A stretch of 46,176 nucleotides of DNA from Terriglobales bacterium (GCA_050745425.1 JBOGKK010000014.1:1-46176), one strand, 5' to 3'; positions 27,774 through 37,390 are shown, counted from the stretch's first letter. The notes: a model not told the origin generated them from the sequence alone. Program-made: numbers and translations.

Positions 27774-28226
27774 ATGCTGGGCATGGGAACCGTGGACCTG
27801 CCGCTCGGCGGTGCCTTCGCTCTGAGCACGATCGGCCAGATCAGCGTCAACGCCCGTGACCTGGCGCGGGCGGTTGCTTTTTACCGCGATATTCTCCGCC
27901 TGCCCTTCTTGTCCGAGGCCGCCAATCTGGCCTTTTTTGATGCCGGAGGAGTGCGGTTGATGCTCGCTATGGCGGAGCAGCCACAGCTTGACCGCTCCAG
28001 CTCAGTCCTGTACTTCTGCGTGCCGGAAATCCGCGCCGGCTACCAGGCACTGGTGGAGCGCGGTGTGCGCTTCGTCGAAGGCCCAAGGCTGATTGCACGC
28101 CTCGAACACGGCGAGGTCTGGATGGCTTTTTTCCGCGACACTGAGGGCAATCTGCTGGCGCTTATGAGTGAGCCGCCGCGGCCGCCAGCATCAACTCCGC
28201 CAGCTCCAGATCCGCCGGCGTCGTGA
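27774..28226 (+). CDS. VOC (glyoxalase/bleomycin-resistance/dioxygenase) family protein
   Basis: ATG at 27774. The pattern IGQISVNARDLARAVAFYRDILRL...FFRDTEGNLLALM is typical of VOC beta-alpha-beta-beta-beta modules. The Pro-rich tail overlaps the convergent ispD. Confidence 0.7.
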   Translation: MLGMGTVDLPLGGAFALSTIGQISVNARDLARAVAFYRDILRLPFLSEAANLAFFDAGGVRLMLAMAEQPQLDRSSSVLYFCVPEIRAGYQALVERGVRFVEGPRLIARLEHGEVWMAFFRDTEGNLLALMSEPPRPPASTPPAPDPPAS

Positions 28227-28902
28227 TTTTCCAGTTCCGCGCCGAGCCCGGCACCACATAAACGGTTTCGCCCAGATGCTCCACCAGCGCCGCCTCGTCG
28301 GTGGCGTAAAAACCGTCGGCGTGGGCTTTGGCGTATCCCCGCCGTAGCAGCCCGAGACGGAAGATCTGCGGCGTCTGAGCCAGCACAATGCGCTCGCGCG
28401 GCAGCGTGGCAGCAACCTGAATATCTTCCGCACCCACGCGCTCGACCTGCTTGATTGTATCCACCGCCGCCACGCCCACGATCACCGCCGCATGCACCTG
28501 TGCCGCCGCCAGTGCCGTTTCCAGGATTTTGGCTTCGAGAAACGGCCGCACCGCGTCGTGGATCGCCACCAGTGCATCATCTCCCGCCGCCCCCAGCTCC
28601 TGTCCCAGCAGTTCCACCGCGTTGGCGACCGAATCCTGCCGCGCCCGTCCGCCTTCGAGCACCTGTACCGGTGTCTTGAACTTTTCCGCTTTGACCCGGC
28701 CCTCAATGAATTCTCGGTCTTCGGGCCGCACCGGAACCAGCAGCCGCCGGAACTGGCCGCTGCCGTCGAAGCGCCGCAGCGTGTGAATCAGAATCGGCGC
28801 TCCGGCAATCTCCACCATCTGCTTGCGCGGCTGCCCGGAAGTCGTTGAGCCCATGCGCGTGCTCAGTCCGGCGGCGGGTAGGATGGCGTAGGCGCAGGCC
28901 AT
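28162..28902 (-). CDS. ispD: 2-C-methyl-D-erythritol 4-phosphate cytidylyltransferase
   Basis: AILPAAGLSTRMG P-loop-like motif, VAIHDAVRPF and TPQIF. 246 aa. Confidence 0.9.
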   Translation of the reverse strand: MACAYAILPAAGLSTRMGSTTSGQPRKQMVEIAGAPILIHTLRRFDGSGQFRRLLVPVRPEDREFIEGRVKAEKFKTPVQVLEGGRARQDSVANAVELLGQELGAAGDDALVAIHDAVRPFLEAKILETALAAAQVHAAVIVGVAAVDTIKQVERVGAEDIQVAATLPRERIVLAQTPQIFRLGLLRRGYAKAHADGFYATDEAALVEHLGETVYVVPGSARNWKITTPADLELAELMLAAAAAHS

Positions 28903-28910
28903 AACTGGCT

Positions 28911-29927
28911 TTAGGATACCCGCCCCACTTCCGCCGCCACCTCCGCGGTCAGCAGGCGACCGAAGATCATCTTGCCGGCCGTGGTTTGCAGCACAGAAGT
29001 CACGCTGATTTCTACATTATGCGAGATCAGGCGCCGCGCGTGGTCGACCACCACCATGGTGCCGTCGTCGAGGTAGCCAACTCCCTGATCCGGCTCCTTG
29101 CCTTCTTTGACGATAAACACGCGCATGGCTTCGCCCGCCAGCACCACCGGCTTGAGCGTGTTCGCCAGCTCGTGGATGTTGAGCACCTGGACGCGCTGGA
29201 GTTGCGCCAGCTTGCCCAGGTTGCCATCATTGGTCACCAGCTTGCATTCAAAGCGCCGCGCCAGTTCGATCAGCTTGAGATCGACTTCGCGCACGTGTGG
29301 CACGTCATCTTCGATGATTCGCACCTCCACCGTGGTCAGCTTTTGTATCCGCTGCAACACTTCGAGGCCCCGCCGGCCACGCTGGCGCTTGCCCGCGTCG
29401 GCCGAATCGGCAACCAACTGCAACTCATGCAACACGAACTGGGGCACCAGCAGGGTTCCATCCAGAAACCCTGTGCCCGCTATATCCGCAATCCTGCCAT
29501 CGATGATCACGCTCGTGTCCAGCAGCTTTGCGCTGCGCCGCGTGCGCTCGCCGCCAAAGATTCCACCCAGGGCGGCAAGATTAAGCAGCTCACCTTTTTC
29601 GGCACCCACGATCAGCCCGATATAGCCCATCACCAGCAGAATGACCACATTGGCGTAGGAGGCGGTATGGCGCTCGAACCCGGCCGCCGACACCACCCAG
29701 GAAACCAGAAAGGCTCCCAAAATCCCCAGCAGCGATCCAATCGCCGCTCCCAGCAGCCGCTTGAAGCTGGACTTGTTCAGCCGGATTTCAAACAGTATGA
29801 TGACCGCCGCAATGCAGGCGCCCACCAACGCCGCCCACCCCGGCTGCAAATCAAACGGCTTCAGATAGGCAGCGGCGCCAGCCAGCGTCAGCACTAAAGC
29901 TATGCGTATGAAAAGCAGGTCGTACAC
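28911..29927 (-). CDS. membrane-anchored PIN + TRAM domain protein (YacL-like)
   Basis: N-terminal TM helices, a PIN core (LLDTSVIIDGR...DSAD...TNDGNL) and a C-terminal TRAM-like beta region. It sits upstream of ispD, the same arrangement as in Bacillus subtilis. Confidence 0.75.
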   Translation of the reverse strand: MYDLLFIRIALVLTLAGAAAYLKPFDLQPGWAALVGACIAAVIILFEIRLNKSSFKRLLGAAIGSLLGILGAFLVSWVVSAAGFERHTASYANVVILLVMGYIGLIVGAEKGELLNLAALGGIFGGERTRRSAKLLDTSVIIDGRIADIAGTGFLDGTLLVPQFVLHELQLVADSADAGKRQRGRRGLEVLQRIQKLTTVEVRIIEDDVPHVREVDLKLIELARRFECKLVTNDGNLGKLAQLQRVQVLNIHELANTLKPVVLAGEAMRVFIVKEGKEPDQGVGYLDDGTMVVVDHARRLISHNVEISVTSVLQTTAGKMIFGRLLTAEVAAEVGRVS

Positions 29928-29977
29928 GGCTACTCAGGCCACAGTATAAGCGATCAGCAGGCCCGCCGTTGCCCCCT

Positions 29978-30268
29978 CTACCGCTCGCTTTCGCCTGCGC
30001 TCTCCCCACTCGCCTCACTCTCCCCACTCGCCTCCACGGCCGAGCCCACCGGACGCGGCTGCAGCGGGCTGTCATCGGCCCGGAATGCAGTTGCCAGATG
30101 GTGGAGCAGGAAGCGAACCGCGGCGCGCGCATCCGCGGCCGGGTCGTTCCTCCAATGGAATATGGCATTCGCCAGTACCTGCTGCCCGCGCAGGTATTCG
30201 TCGCTCTGAATCCGGCGCTTGTCGAATCCGGACGGCTTGCGTTTTCTGAAGTTGACTACATCTCCCAT
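29978..30268 (-). CDS. small hypothetical protein (96 aa)
   Basis: The shorter ATG start at 30268 was chosen so that the gene does not overlap ruvX. The C-terminus contains a duplicated EASGES encoded by an 18-bp tandem repeat. No homology recognised. Confidence 0.3.
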   Translation of the reverse strand: MGDVVNFRKRKPSGFDKRRIQSDEYLRGQQVLANAIFHWRNDPAADARAAVRFLLHHLATAFRADDSPLQPRPVGSAVEASGESEASGESAGESER

Positions 30269-30355
30269 GCAAGCCTTTGGATGTGGTTGGCAGCCCTGCC
30301 GTTGGATGAACCAACCCGGCACTGTCGTGCCAAGGCATAATCGGTAGGGTTCAAC

Positions 30356-30790
30356 ATGGAACGTCGTATCGGCCGCATCGCTGCACTCGATTTGGGTCAA
30401 CGCCGCATCGGCATCGCCCTGAGCGATCCGTTAGGTATTAGCGCCCAGGGCCTTCCCACCCTCCAGCGTCAGGATATGGGCACCGATTTGGCCGCTCTCG
30501 CCGCCGTGGCTCACGCGCATCAAGTGGCGTTATGGCTGGTCGGTCTGCCGCTTCACATGAGCGGTGAAGAAGGGCGCCAGGCTCAGGCCGCGCGCCGTTT
30601 CGGCGCCGCCTTGGCGCGCCATAGCCGCCTGCCGGTGGAATTTTGGGACGAACGCCTGACCACGGTCGAGGCCAGTCGCGTGCTCGACGCTGCGGGCAGC
30701 AGCCTCGATCAGCGCCGCCGCGCCATCGATCGCCTCTCCGCCGTCATCCTCCTCCAGTCGTTTTTGGAGGCCCGGCGCGAACCGCTATAG
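30356..30790 (+). CDS. ruvX: Holliday junction resolvase-like protein RuvX/YqgF
   Basis: IAALDLGQRRIGIALSD N-terminus and ERLTTVEA motif. 144 aa. Confidence 0.85.
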   Translation: MERRIGRIAALDLGQRRIGIALSDPLGISAQGLPTLQRQDMGTDLAALAAVAHAHQVALWLVGLPLHMSGEEGRQAQAARRFGAALARHSRLPVEFWDERLTTVEASRVLDAAGSSLDQRRRAIDRLSAVILLQSFLEARREPL

Positions 30791-30797
30791 TGGAAGA

Positions 30798-32378
30798 ATG
30801 GACCGTCTTGCGCTTCTTTCCGTCAGCGATAAAACCGGACTTTCTGAATTCGCCCGCCGTCTGGCGCAGTGCGGCTTTGGCCTGATTTCCACCGGAGGAA
30901 CTGCCCGCAGCCTACGCGAGGCCGGTCTCGATGTGCGTGACGTAGCCGACCTGACCGAATTTCCGGAAATGCTCGACGGCCGCGTCAAAACCTTGCATCC
31001 GCGGGTCCACGGAGGCTTGCTGGGCCGCTGGGATGTACCCGAGCATCGCGCTCAGATGCAGACTCATGGCATTTCCCCCATTGCCGTCCTCGTGGTCAAC
31101 CTCTACCCCTTCGAGCGCGTCGCCGCGCGCGCCCGCACCACCGGCGTCGCGCGCGCCGAACTGATCGAAAACATCGATATCGGCGGGCCGGCGATGCTCC
31201 GCTCCGCCGCCAAAAATTTTGCCTCCGTCGCCGTCGTTACCGATCCCACCGATTACGCCACCGTAGCCGCAGAAATCGAGGAACAAGGCAGCGTCACCTC
31301 GGCTACGCGATGGCGCCTGGCGCAAAAAGCATTTCAGCGCACCGCCGCCTATGATGCCGCCATTGCCGCCACCCTCGCAGCCCTCCCGGAGGGCGAGCTG
31401 GGACAGCAGGTACACTTGAACGCCGAGGCGCTGCCCGCGCGCCTGCTCATTTCCGCCCCTCGCCTTCAGGTCCTGCGCTACGGCGAGAATCCGCACCAGC
31501 AAGCTGCCGTCTATGGCGATGAGTCCCAGCCCGCGGGCCTCGCGCACGCCCAGCTCCTGCACGGCAAGGAACTCTCCTACAACAATCTCGTCGATCTGGC
31601 CGCCGCCTGGGATCTCGCCCAGGAATTCACCCAACCCTCCGTGGCCATCATCAAGCACACCAATCCCGCCGGCTGCGCCATGGCCGCCACCCAGCGCGAA
31701 GCTTATGAGCAGGCCCTTGCCTGCGACCCCATCTCCTCCTACGGCGGCGTGGTGGGCTTGAACCGGCCCCTGGACGGGCCTACAGCGGAAGCCATGGCAG
31801 CTTTGTTCCTGGAATGCATTGCCGCTCCCGGCTTTACTCCCGAAGCCCTGGCGCGGCTCGAGAAAAAGAAAGGCCTGCGGCTGGTTCTGATCGATCCCGC
31901 CGCCATGCCGGTCTCCGTCCGCAGTATCCCGGGCGGCTGGCTGGCCCAGACCACCGACACCGTGCAACTCCCTGCAGACGGTGGCTGGCGCGTGGTCACG
32001 CAAAAAGCTCCCAGCCCCGAGCAGGAGCGTGCCCTGCGTTTCGGCTGGGCGGTCGCGAAGCACGTCAAAAGCAACGCCATCGTCTTCGCCCGCGCCACCG
32101 CCGCCGGTGGACAGACCCTGGCCGTCGGCGCCGGGCAAATGAGCCGTGTCGATTCCGCCAAACTGGCCGCCATGAAAGCGCAACTCCCTCTCGCCGGCGC
32201 TGCCGTCGCCAGCGATGCCTTTTTTCCTTTCCCCGATGGCATTGAAGTTGCCGTCGAGCACGGCGCCACCAGCTTCATCCAGCCCGGCGGATCCATTCAC
32301 GATAGCGATTGCATTGCCGCTTGCGATCGCCTCGGCGCCGCCATGGTCTTCACCTCCATGCGCCACTTCCGCCATTAG
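30798..32378 (+). CDS. purH: bifunctional AICAR transformylase / IMP cyclohydrolase
   Basis: ALLSVSDKTGL, STGGTA, GRVKTLHP, NLYPF, KHTNPAG, and C-terminal IQPGGSIHD. 526 aa. Confidence 0.95.
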   Translation: MDRLALLSVSDKTGLSEFARRLAQCGFGLISTGGTARSLREAGLDVRDVADLTEFPEMLDGRVKTLHPRVHGGLLGRWDVPEHRAQMQTHGISPIAVLVVNLYPFERVAARARTTGVARAELIENIDIGGPAMLRSAAKNFASVAVVTDPTDYATVAAEIEEQGSVTSATRWRLAQKAFQRTAAYDAAIAATLAALPEGELGQQVHLNAEALPARLLISAPRLQVLRYGENPHQQAAVYGDESQPAGLAHAQLLHGKELSYNNLVDLAAAWDLAQEFTQPSVAIIKHTNPAGCAMAATQREAYEQALACDPISSYGGVVGLNRPLDGPTAEAMAALFLECIAAPGFTPEALARLEKKKGLRLVLIDPAAMPVSVRSIPGGWLAQTTDTVQLPADGGWRVVTQKAPSPEQERALRFGWAVAKHVKSNAIVFARATAAGGQTLAVGAGQMSRVDSAKLAAMKAQLPLAGAAVASDAFFPFPDGIEVAVEHGATSFIQPGGSIHDSDCIAACDRLGAAMVFTSMRHFRH

Positions 32379-32410
32379 CCGAGCAAGGACTGATTCCGGC
32401 CGCCCTTCCG

Positions 32411-32704
32411 TCAAACATTGGCCGCGCGCTGCGTTGCCGCCGGGTGTGTTTTGCGCTCGACGAAATCGGCAAGCTGCCGCAGCGTGCTGAAGTTGCCCGG
32501 CACCAGCTCGCGGTCTTCGATCTCAATGCCGTAGCGCTGCTCCAGCTCGCTGGTGAGCGTCAGCACGCTGGTGGAATCCAGCAGGGCTTCAAATAATGGC
32601 GTATCCGGCTGCAACGGCCGCGCCGGCGTGAACGCTAACTCCGCCAGAATAATGCTCCGCAGTTGCTCCTGCAAGGCAGTGAAGGGAACAGTTGCTTTTG
32701 CCAT
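32411..32704 (-). CDS. stand-alone acyl/peptidyl carrier protein
   Basis: 97 aa. A four-helix-type pattern with the phosphopantetheine attachment context LLDSTSVLTL (DS motif). Transcribed divergently from the ACAD/adenylation operon. Confidence 0.75.
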   Translation of the reverse strand: MAKATVPFTALQEQLRSIILAELAFTPARPLQPDTPLFEALLDSTSVLTLTSELEQRYGIEIEDRELVPGNFSTLRQLADFVERKTHPAATQRAANV

Positions 32705-32862
32705 AGCCGGTCTCGCTCAGGTTCGCTGAGTAGGAAACCGCGGTTGTCAGGTCTGGATGCCCAGCCGCTCTGGCGAGTGACAATGCCGCCCTTCAGCCCC
32801 CGTTCTCCGGATTCCTCATTTGGTCTTCCAACAGTGTCGCCGTTGCTGGTTTCCAAACGGGG

Positions 32863-34053
32863 GTGGAATTCTCATGGACTGATGACCAGCGCCAGGGCTA
32901 TGAACAGGCGCGTGCTTTTGCCGAACGTGAATTGCGCGTCCCGCGCCAGCCGATTTCTGGCAGCGAGGCTTGGCGAGCGCGCTGGCGCCTCTGTGCCACC
33001 TTTGGTGTGCAATCGCTCAACATTCCGGCCGCCTATGGTGGGCTGGGCCTCGATGCTCGCTCGGCCGTGCACGTCATGGAGGGCCTCGGGCGCGGCTCCG
33101 ACGACAATGGCCTGCTCATGGCCCTTGGCGCGCAAATCTGGAGCGTTCACGTGCCCTTGCTGGCGTTTGCCAGCGAGGCCCAAAAGTCCAAGTGGCTGCC
33201 GTCTCTGGCGCAGGGCTCCGCCATCGCCGCTTTTGCGCTGACCGAAGCCGAAAGTGGTTCTGATGCTTTCCATGTGCATACCCGCGCCACTTCCGAAGGC
33301 GGCGGCTTTCGCCTCCAGGGCAGCAAAGTCTATATCACCAATGCCCCGGTCGCCGACCTGTTTTTGCTGTTCGCCACCACCGATCCCGCGGCTGGCTATT
33401 TTGGCCTCACCGTGTTCCTCGTCGAGCGCACGCGCTCGGGCCTGGCAGTGGGCCCTCCTCTGCACAAGATGGGTCTGGAAACCAGTCCCATGGCCGAGGT
33501 GTGCTGCGATGGCGTCTGGGTACCTTTCGATGCCATTGTTGGCGACCTTGGCGGCGGTGGCGCCATCCTTGCCCACACCCTGGAATGGGAGCGTGGCTGT
33601 CTGCTGGCGCCAGCCCTCGGCACCATCGATCGGCTCCTGGAGACCACCACCGCCTTTACCCGTGCCCGCAAACAATTCGGCCGACCTGTGATCGAGTTTG
33701 AAGCCGTCGGGCAATTGCTCGCCGAAATGCGCTTGCGCCTGGACCTGGCGCGCCTGCTTGCCTATCGCTTCGCCTGGCTCAAGGACCAGCACGTGCCCGC
33801 CGCCACCGAGGCCAGCATGGTGAAACTCTACCTCAGCGAGAGCCTGCGCCGTGCCAGCGAGTTGGCCGTGCACCTGCATGGCGCCGCAGGCTACATGCGC
33901 GAGCTTGAATTCGAGCGCACCTGGCGTGACGCCATGGCCAGCAGTCTCTATTCCGGAACCACCGAAATGCAATACAACCTCATCGCCGATAGCCTCTTGC
34001 GCCCGCCACCGGCCCGCTCCCGCGCGGCAAGAAATGCGGAGGCGAAGCCATGA
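32863..34053 (+). CDS. acyl-CoA dehydrogenase-family flavoprotein (probably acts on a carrier-protein-bound substrate)
   Basis: GTG start. ACAD layout: FALTEAESGSD, the beta-domain GSKVYITNA, and a C-terminal helical domain ending SSLYSGTTEMQYNLIA. 396 aa. Confidence 0.85.
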   Translation: MEFSWTDDQRQGYEQARAFAERELRVPRQPISGSEAWRARWRLCATFGVQSLNIPAAYGGLGLDARSAVHVMEGLGRGSDDNGLLMALGAQIWSVHVPLLAFASEAQKSKWLPSLAQGSAIAAFALTEAESGSDAFHVHTRATSEGGGFRLQGSKVYITNAPVADLFLLFATTDPAAGYFGLTVFLVERTRSGLAVGPPLHKMGLETSPMAEVCCDGVWVPFDAIVGDLGGGGAILAHTLEWERGCLLAPALGTIDRLLETTTAFTRARKQFGRPVIEFEAVGQLLAEMRLRLDLARLLAYRFAWLKDQHVPAATEASMVKLYLSESLRRASELAVHLHGAAGYMRELEFERTWRDAMASSLYSGTTEMQYNLIADSLLRPPPARSRAARNAEAKP

Positions 34054-35597
34054 ACCCTTATCTCCTCCCGCAGGTCATCGAGCGAGCCTGTGTCCGCTGG
34101 CCCGAGCAGTGTGCCGTCATTGATGGCGAAGGCGCCGAACTCAGCTATGCCGATCTCGAACGCCGCAGCCGCGCCCTCGCCGCGCAACTGCAAGCCGCCG
34201 GTTGCGCGCGCGGCGCGCGCGTGGGCGTCTGGCTGCCTAAATCCACCCCCGCCGTCGTCGCTTTGCTCGCAATTCTGCGCGCCGGATGCATGTATGTGCC
34301 GCTCGATCCCTGGGCGCCGCCGGCGCGCATCGAGGCTTTGGCCGCCGATTGTGGCCTCGGTGCCCTGCTTACCGGCGCCGCCGGCGCTGCCCTCGCGCGG
34401 CAGTGGTCCTCACCTCCTGCGCTGTGTTGGGATTGGGAGCACGGCGCTCTGCCCGCCACGGCAGCAACCGCATGGCAGCCGCCGGCCAATACCAGCGATG
34501 AACTCGCCTACATTCTCTACACCTCGGGCTCGACCGGAGTCCCCAAGGGCGTCATGCTCACCCACGCGCACGCGCTCAATTTCATCCACTGGGCGGCCGA
34601 TGAGGTCGGTTTGCATCCCGGTGATCGTGTTGCCAGCCACGCTCCGTTTCATTTCGATCTGTCCATTTTCGATCTCTGGGCCACGCTCAGCCGCGGGGCT
34701 ACCGTGTGCCTGCTCGATGCGGTAACGGCGCGCTTTCCGCGTGCCGTGGCCGCATGGATTGACCAGCGCCACATCACCGTTTGGTACTCGGTGCCTTCCG
34801 CGCTGGTGCAAATGCTGCCCCATGCCGCCGCGGCCGGCGGCCGTTTGCGCGCCGTCGTCTTTGCCGGGGAAGTGTTTCCTGCGGCCGCCTTGCGCGCCTG
34901 GCGCGCCGCCCTTCCTCACGCCGCCTTTCACAACTGGTTCGGACCGACCGAAACCAACGTCTGCACCCATTTCGCCCTGCCTGCGCTGGCCGGAGGCGCC
35001 GACGGCGTTCCCGACCCCTTGCCCATCGGTTACGCCTGCCCCAATTTCGAGCTGGCTGTGCGTGACGAGGCTGGCGACCCTGTGCCTGCGGACACCCCCG
35101 GCTTTCTTTGGGCGCGCGGGCCCGGCATCCTCGCCGGCTATTGGGGCGATGCCGGCCGCACCTGCGCCGTGACCCAGGAGCGTAGCGCTGCCGGCGGCGT
35201 TCCCCAGCGTTGGTATAACACCGGCGATCTGGTCCGCCAGGATGCCTCCGGCCAGTTCTTCTTTCTCGGCCGCCGCGACCATCTCATCAAGTGCCGAGGC
35301 TACCGCATTTCGTTGCCAGAAATTGAACGTGCCCTCGAGGCCATGCCCCAAGTCGCGCGCGCCGCCGTCGTGGCTATCCCCGATTCCGCTCACGCCACTG
35401 GGCTGCGCGCCTTCGTGGTTGCCGCCGCCGCTCCGGCGCCCGCGACCCTTGCCGCCGCCCTGCTCGCCGCACTGGGCAACCACCTGCCCGCCTACATGCT
35501 TCCCGATGTCATCGAGCTATGTGAGCAGCTCCCCCAGACCTCCAGCGGCAAAGTCGACCGGCAGCAGTTGCAGCGTGCTGCCACGCCCTCCGCCTGA
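34050..35597 (+). CDS. stand-alone amino-acid adenylation enzyme (ANL superfamily, DltA-like)
   Basis: ATGA overlap with the upstream gene. Core motifs A3 LAYILYTSGSTGVPKGV, A4 FHFDLSIFD, A5 NWFGPTE, A7 YNTGDL, A8 GRRDHLIKCRGYRISLPEIE and A10 SSGKVDR. No C or T domain. 515 aa. Confidence 0.85.
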   Translation: MNPYLLPQVIERACVRWPEQCAVIDGEGAELSYADLERRSRALAAQLQAAGCARGARVGVWLPKSTPAVVALLAILRAGCMYVPLDPWAPPARIEALAADCGLGALLTGAAGAALARQWSSPPALCWDWEHGALPATAATAWQPPANTSDELAYILYTSGSTGVPKGVMLTHAHALNFIHWAADEVGLHPGDRVASHAPFHFDLSIFDLWATLSRGATVCLLDAVTARFPRAVAAWIDQRHITVWYSVPSALVQMLPHAAAAGGRLRAVVFAGEVFPAAALRAWRAALPHAAFHNWFGPTETNVCTHFALPALAGGADGVPDPLPIGYACPNFELAVRDEAGDPVPADTPGFLWARGPGILAGYWGDAGRTCAVTQERSAAGGVPQRWYNTGDLVRQDASGQFFFLGRRDHLIKCRGYRISLPEIERALEAMPQVARAAVVAIPDSAHATGLRAFVVAAAAPAPATLAAALLAALGNHLPAYMLPDVIELCEQLPQTSSGKVDRQQLQRAATPSA

Positions 35598-35599
35598 AC

Positions 35600-37390
35600 T
35601 TGATCAACGTGACGTGCTTCGCCCAAACCGCTTATGCTGGCCTGTGCCGCCTCCTGCATCGCCTCCCCGGTGCTTGCGATATTCGACTGCATTGCATCGT
35701 AGCCATCGAGCCGCAGCGGCTGCGCATTCCGGCACGGCTTCCCCGCGAAATGCTGGTCCGCTGGCTCGATCCCGTCGACGAGCCTGCTCTGTTGGCTCTG
35801 CGCCCCGCGCTGGGTGTTCCCTATGCTGCGCGCTTTGCGGAGGGGCATCGCTGCGCCGGAGCCTTTTTGCCCGGCGGCGGCGGCCTGCGCCTGGTGGCTT
35901 TCGTCTGGGTGCTGCACGGTCCGGCCCGCATGCCTACATCCTTCGGGTGCGCCTGGGATGTGTCCTCGACGATGGCTTGGCTCTATGACCTCCACTCCAG
36001 TCCCGGCGTGCTGGGTGCGCTGCCGCATTTATATCTTTTCATGCGCCGCAACTCTCCCCGCTCTGGCTGCCTGCACTGGCTGGGCCAAAACGATTTCGAA
36101 AACCTGCGCTCGCGCATGGCCCATCTCAGCCTCGGCTTTAATGTCTGCGCCCTGCTGTGGAGCCTACGCTGCGGCTCCTGGTATCATCTATCCCGTTCCC
36201 GAACCGCACCCCACTGGCGCCGCCACGGCGAGGGAAGCGCGATCCCGCTGCCGCTGTTCCTCGCCCCCGCCTCCGTCCCGCGCGATGCCCTGCCCTTTGG
36301 CCGATCAGACCTCCGCCTGCAATGCACCTGTGGCGCCGCCGCCGCGCTTCTGGATGGCGTGGCCGCCTGCAGCGCCTGCGGCCGCGTGCTCGGCCGTGAG
36401 CACGATGGTGTGCTCGACGAAGGAGCGCACATGTCCTATTGGGGCGAGGTGCCGCAGGCGGCCATGCAGGCGTTGCTGCAGCGCGCCCGCGCCGAGGGCT
36501 GGCGCAGCGCCGTCGCCGCTTCGCTTCCGCCGTCTTTGCATCGTTACGTCACCGCTCCCGATCGCGCCGCCTTTCATGAGATCCTTCCCGTCGCTGCCGG
36601 TGCGCGCCTGCTGGACGTGGGCGCCGGCTGGGGTAGCATTGCCGTGCCTCTCGCCCGCCAGTACCAGGTCGTAGCCCTCGAAGGTGTCGCTGAGCGCGCT
36701 CAATTTATTGCACTGCGCCAGCAACAGGATCACCTGGAGCGCCTTACCGTGGTGCGGGGTGAGATCCACGGCACCAATCTGGCGCCCCACCAGTTCGACG
36801 CCATAATCGCCAACGGCGTGCTCGAGTGGTCGGCCTTGCAGGAATGGCGCGATCCGCCGCGCGCGGTGCAACTGCGCTTTCTGGTTCGCCTGCGCGAGTT
36901 GCTCGGTCCCGGCGGTTGCCTCTATGTCGGCATCGAGAATCGTTTCGGTTGGGCCATGTTGCGTGGCGGCACCGATCATAGCGGCTTGCGCTACACCAGC
37001 CTTCTGCCGCGCTGGGCGGCGCACCGCGTTTGTCTGAGCAGCCATCAATACCGTGCCCAGGCCAACCACGGTTATCGCACCTATACCTATTCCCATCGCG
37101 GCTACTGCAAGTTGTTTGCCGAGGCCGGTCTGCGCGTCGAATCCTCATGGGTAAGCCCCGGCGGCTACAACGCACCTTCCCGCCTGATTCCGCTCCACCC
37201 CCGGGCGGTTCATTTCTCGGCCAGCCGCCGCGATCGCTCTCCGCTACGTGCTTGGCTGCACGCCGCCACCTGGCAGGAACCCGCGCTGCGCTGGCTGGGT
37301 TCCGATTTCGTTTTCCTCTTGCGTTCGACCGCTGCTTCCGCCATTCCGGCGCCGCCGGTTCCACCTGAACAGGACCGCGCCCATGCATGA
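35600..37390 (+). CDS. fusion protein: unknown N-terminal domain + Trm112-like zinc ribbon + class I SAM-dependent methyltransferase
   Basis: The apparent start is 2 nt after the adenylation gene stop (TTG 35600; alternatives are GTG 35609 and ATG 35750). The central region is LRLQCTCG...ACSACGRVLGREHDGVLD. The methyltransferase motif I is LLDVGAGWGSIAV, followed by post-I/II regions. Confidence 0.65.
   Translation: MINVTCFAQTAYAGLCRLLHRLPGACDIRLHCIVAIEPQRLRIPARLPREMLVRWLDPVDEPALLALRPALGVPYAARFAEGHRCAGAFLPGGGGLRLVAFVWVLHGPARMPTSFGCAWDVSSTMAWLYDLHSSPGVLGALPHLYLFMRRNSPRSGCLHWLGQNDFENLRSRMAHLSLGFNVCALLWSLRCGSWYHLSRSRTAPHWRRHGEGSAIPLPLFLAPASVPRDALPFGRSDLRLQCTCGAAAALLDGVAACSACGRVLGREHDGVLDEGAHMSYWGEVPQAAMQALLQRARAEGWRSAVAASLPPSLHRYVTAPDRAAFHEILPVAAGARLLDVGAGWGSIAVPLARQYQVVALEGVAERAQFIALRQQQDHLERLTVVRGEIHGTNLAPHQFDAIIANGVLEWSALQEWRDPPRAVQLRFLVRLRELLGPGGCLYVGIENRFGWAMLRGGTDHSGLRYTSLLPRWAAHRVCLSSHQYRAQANHGYRTYTYSHRGYCKLFAEAGLRVESSWVSPGGYNAPSRLIPLHPRAVHFSASRRDRSPLRAWLHAATWQEPALRWLGSDFVFLLRSTAASAIPAPPVPPEQDRAHA

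Noticed and set aside
28162-28226. 65-nt convergent overlap between the VOC-family gene tail and the ispD 3' end
   Set aside because: The VOC domain is complete before the overlap. The overlapping part is a Pro-rich, low-complexity tail (PPRPPASTPPAPDPPAS), probably a fortuitous open extension. It shows no sign of a frameshift.
30000-30035. 18-bp tandem duplication CTCTCCCCACTCGCCTC(A/C)
   Set aside because: There are only two copies. On the minus strand it encodes a duplicated EASGES in the tail of a weak hypothetical ORF. It is too short to call a repeat element or CRISPR-like array.
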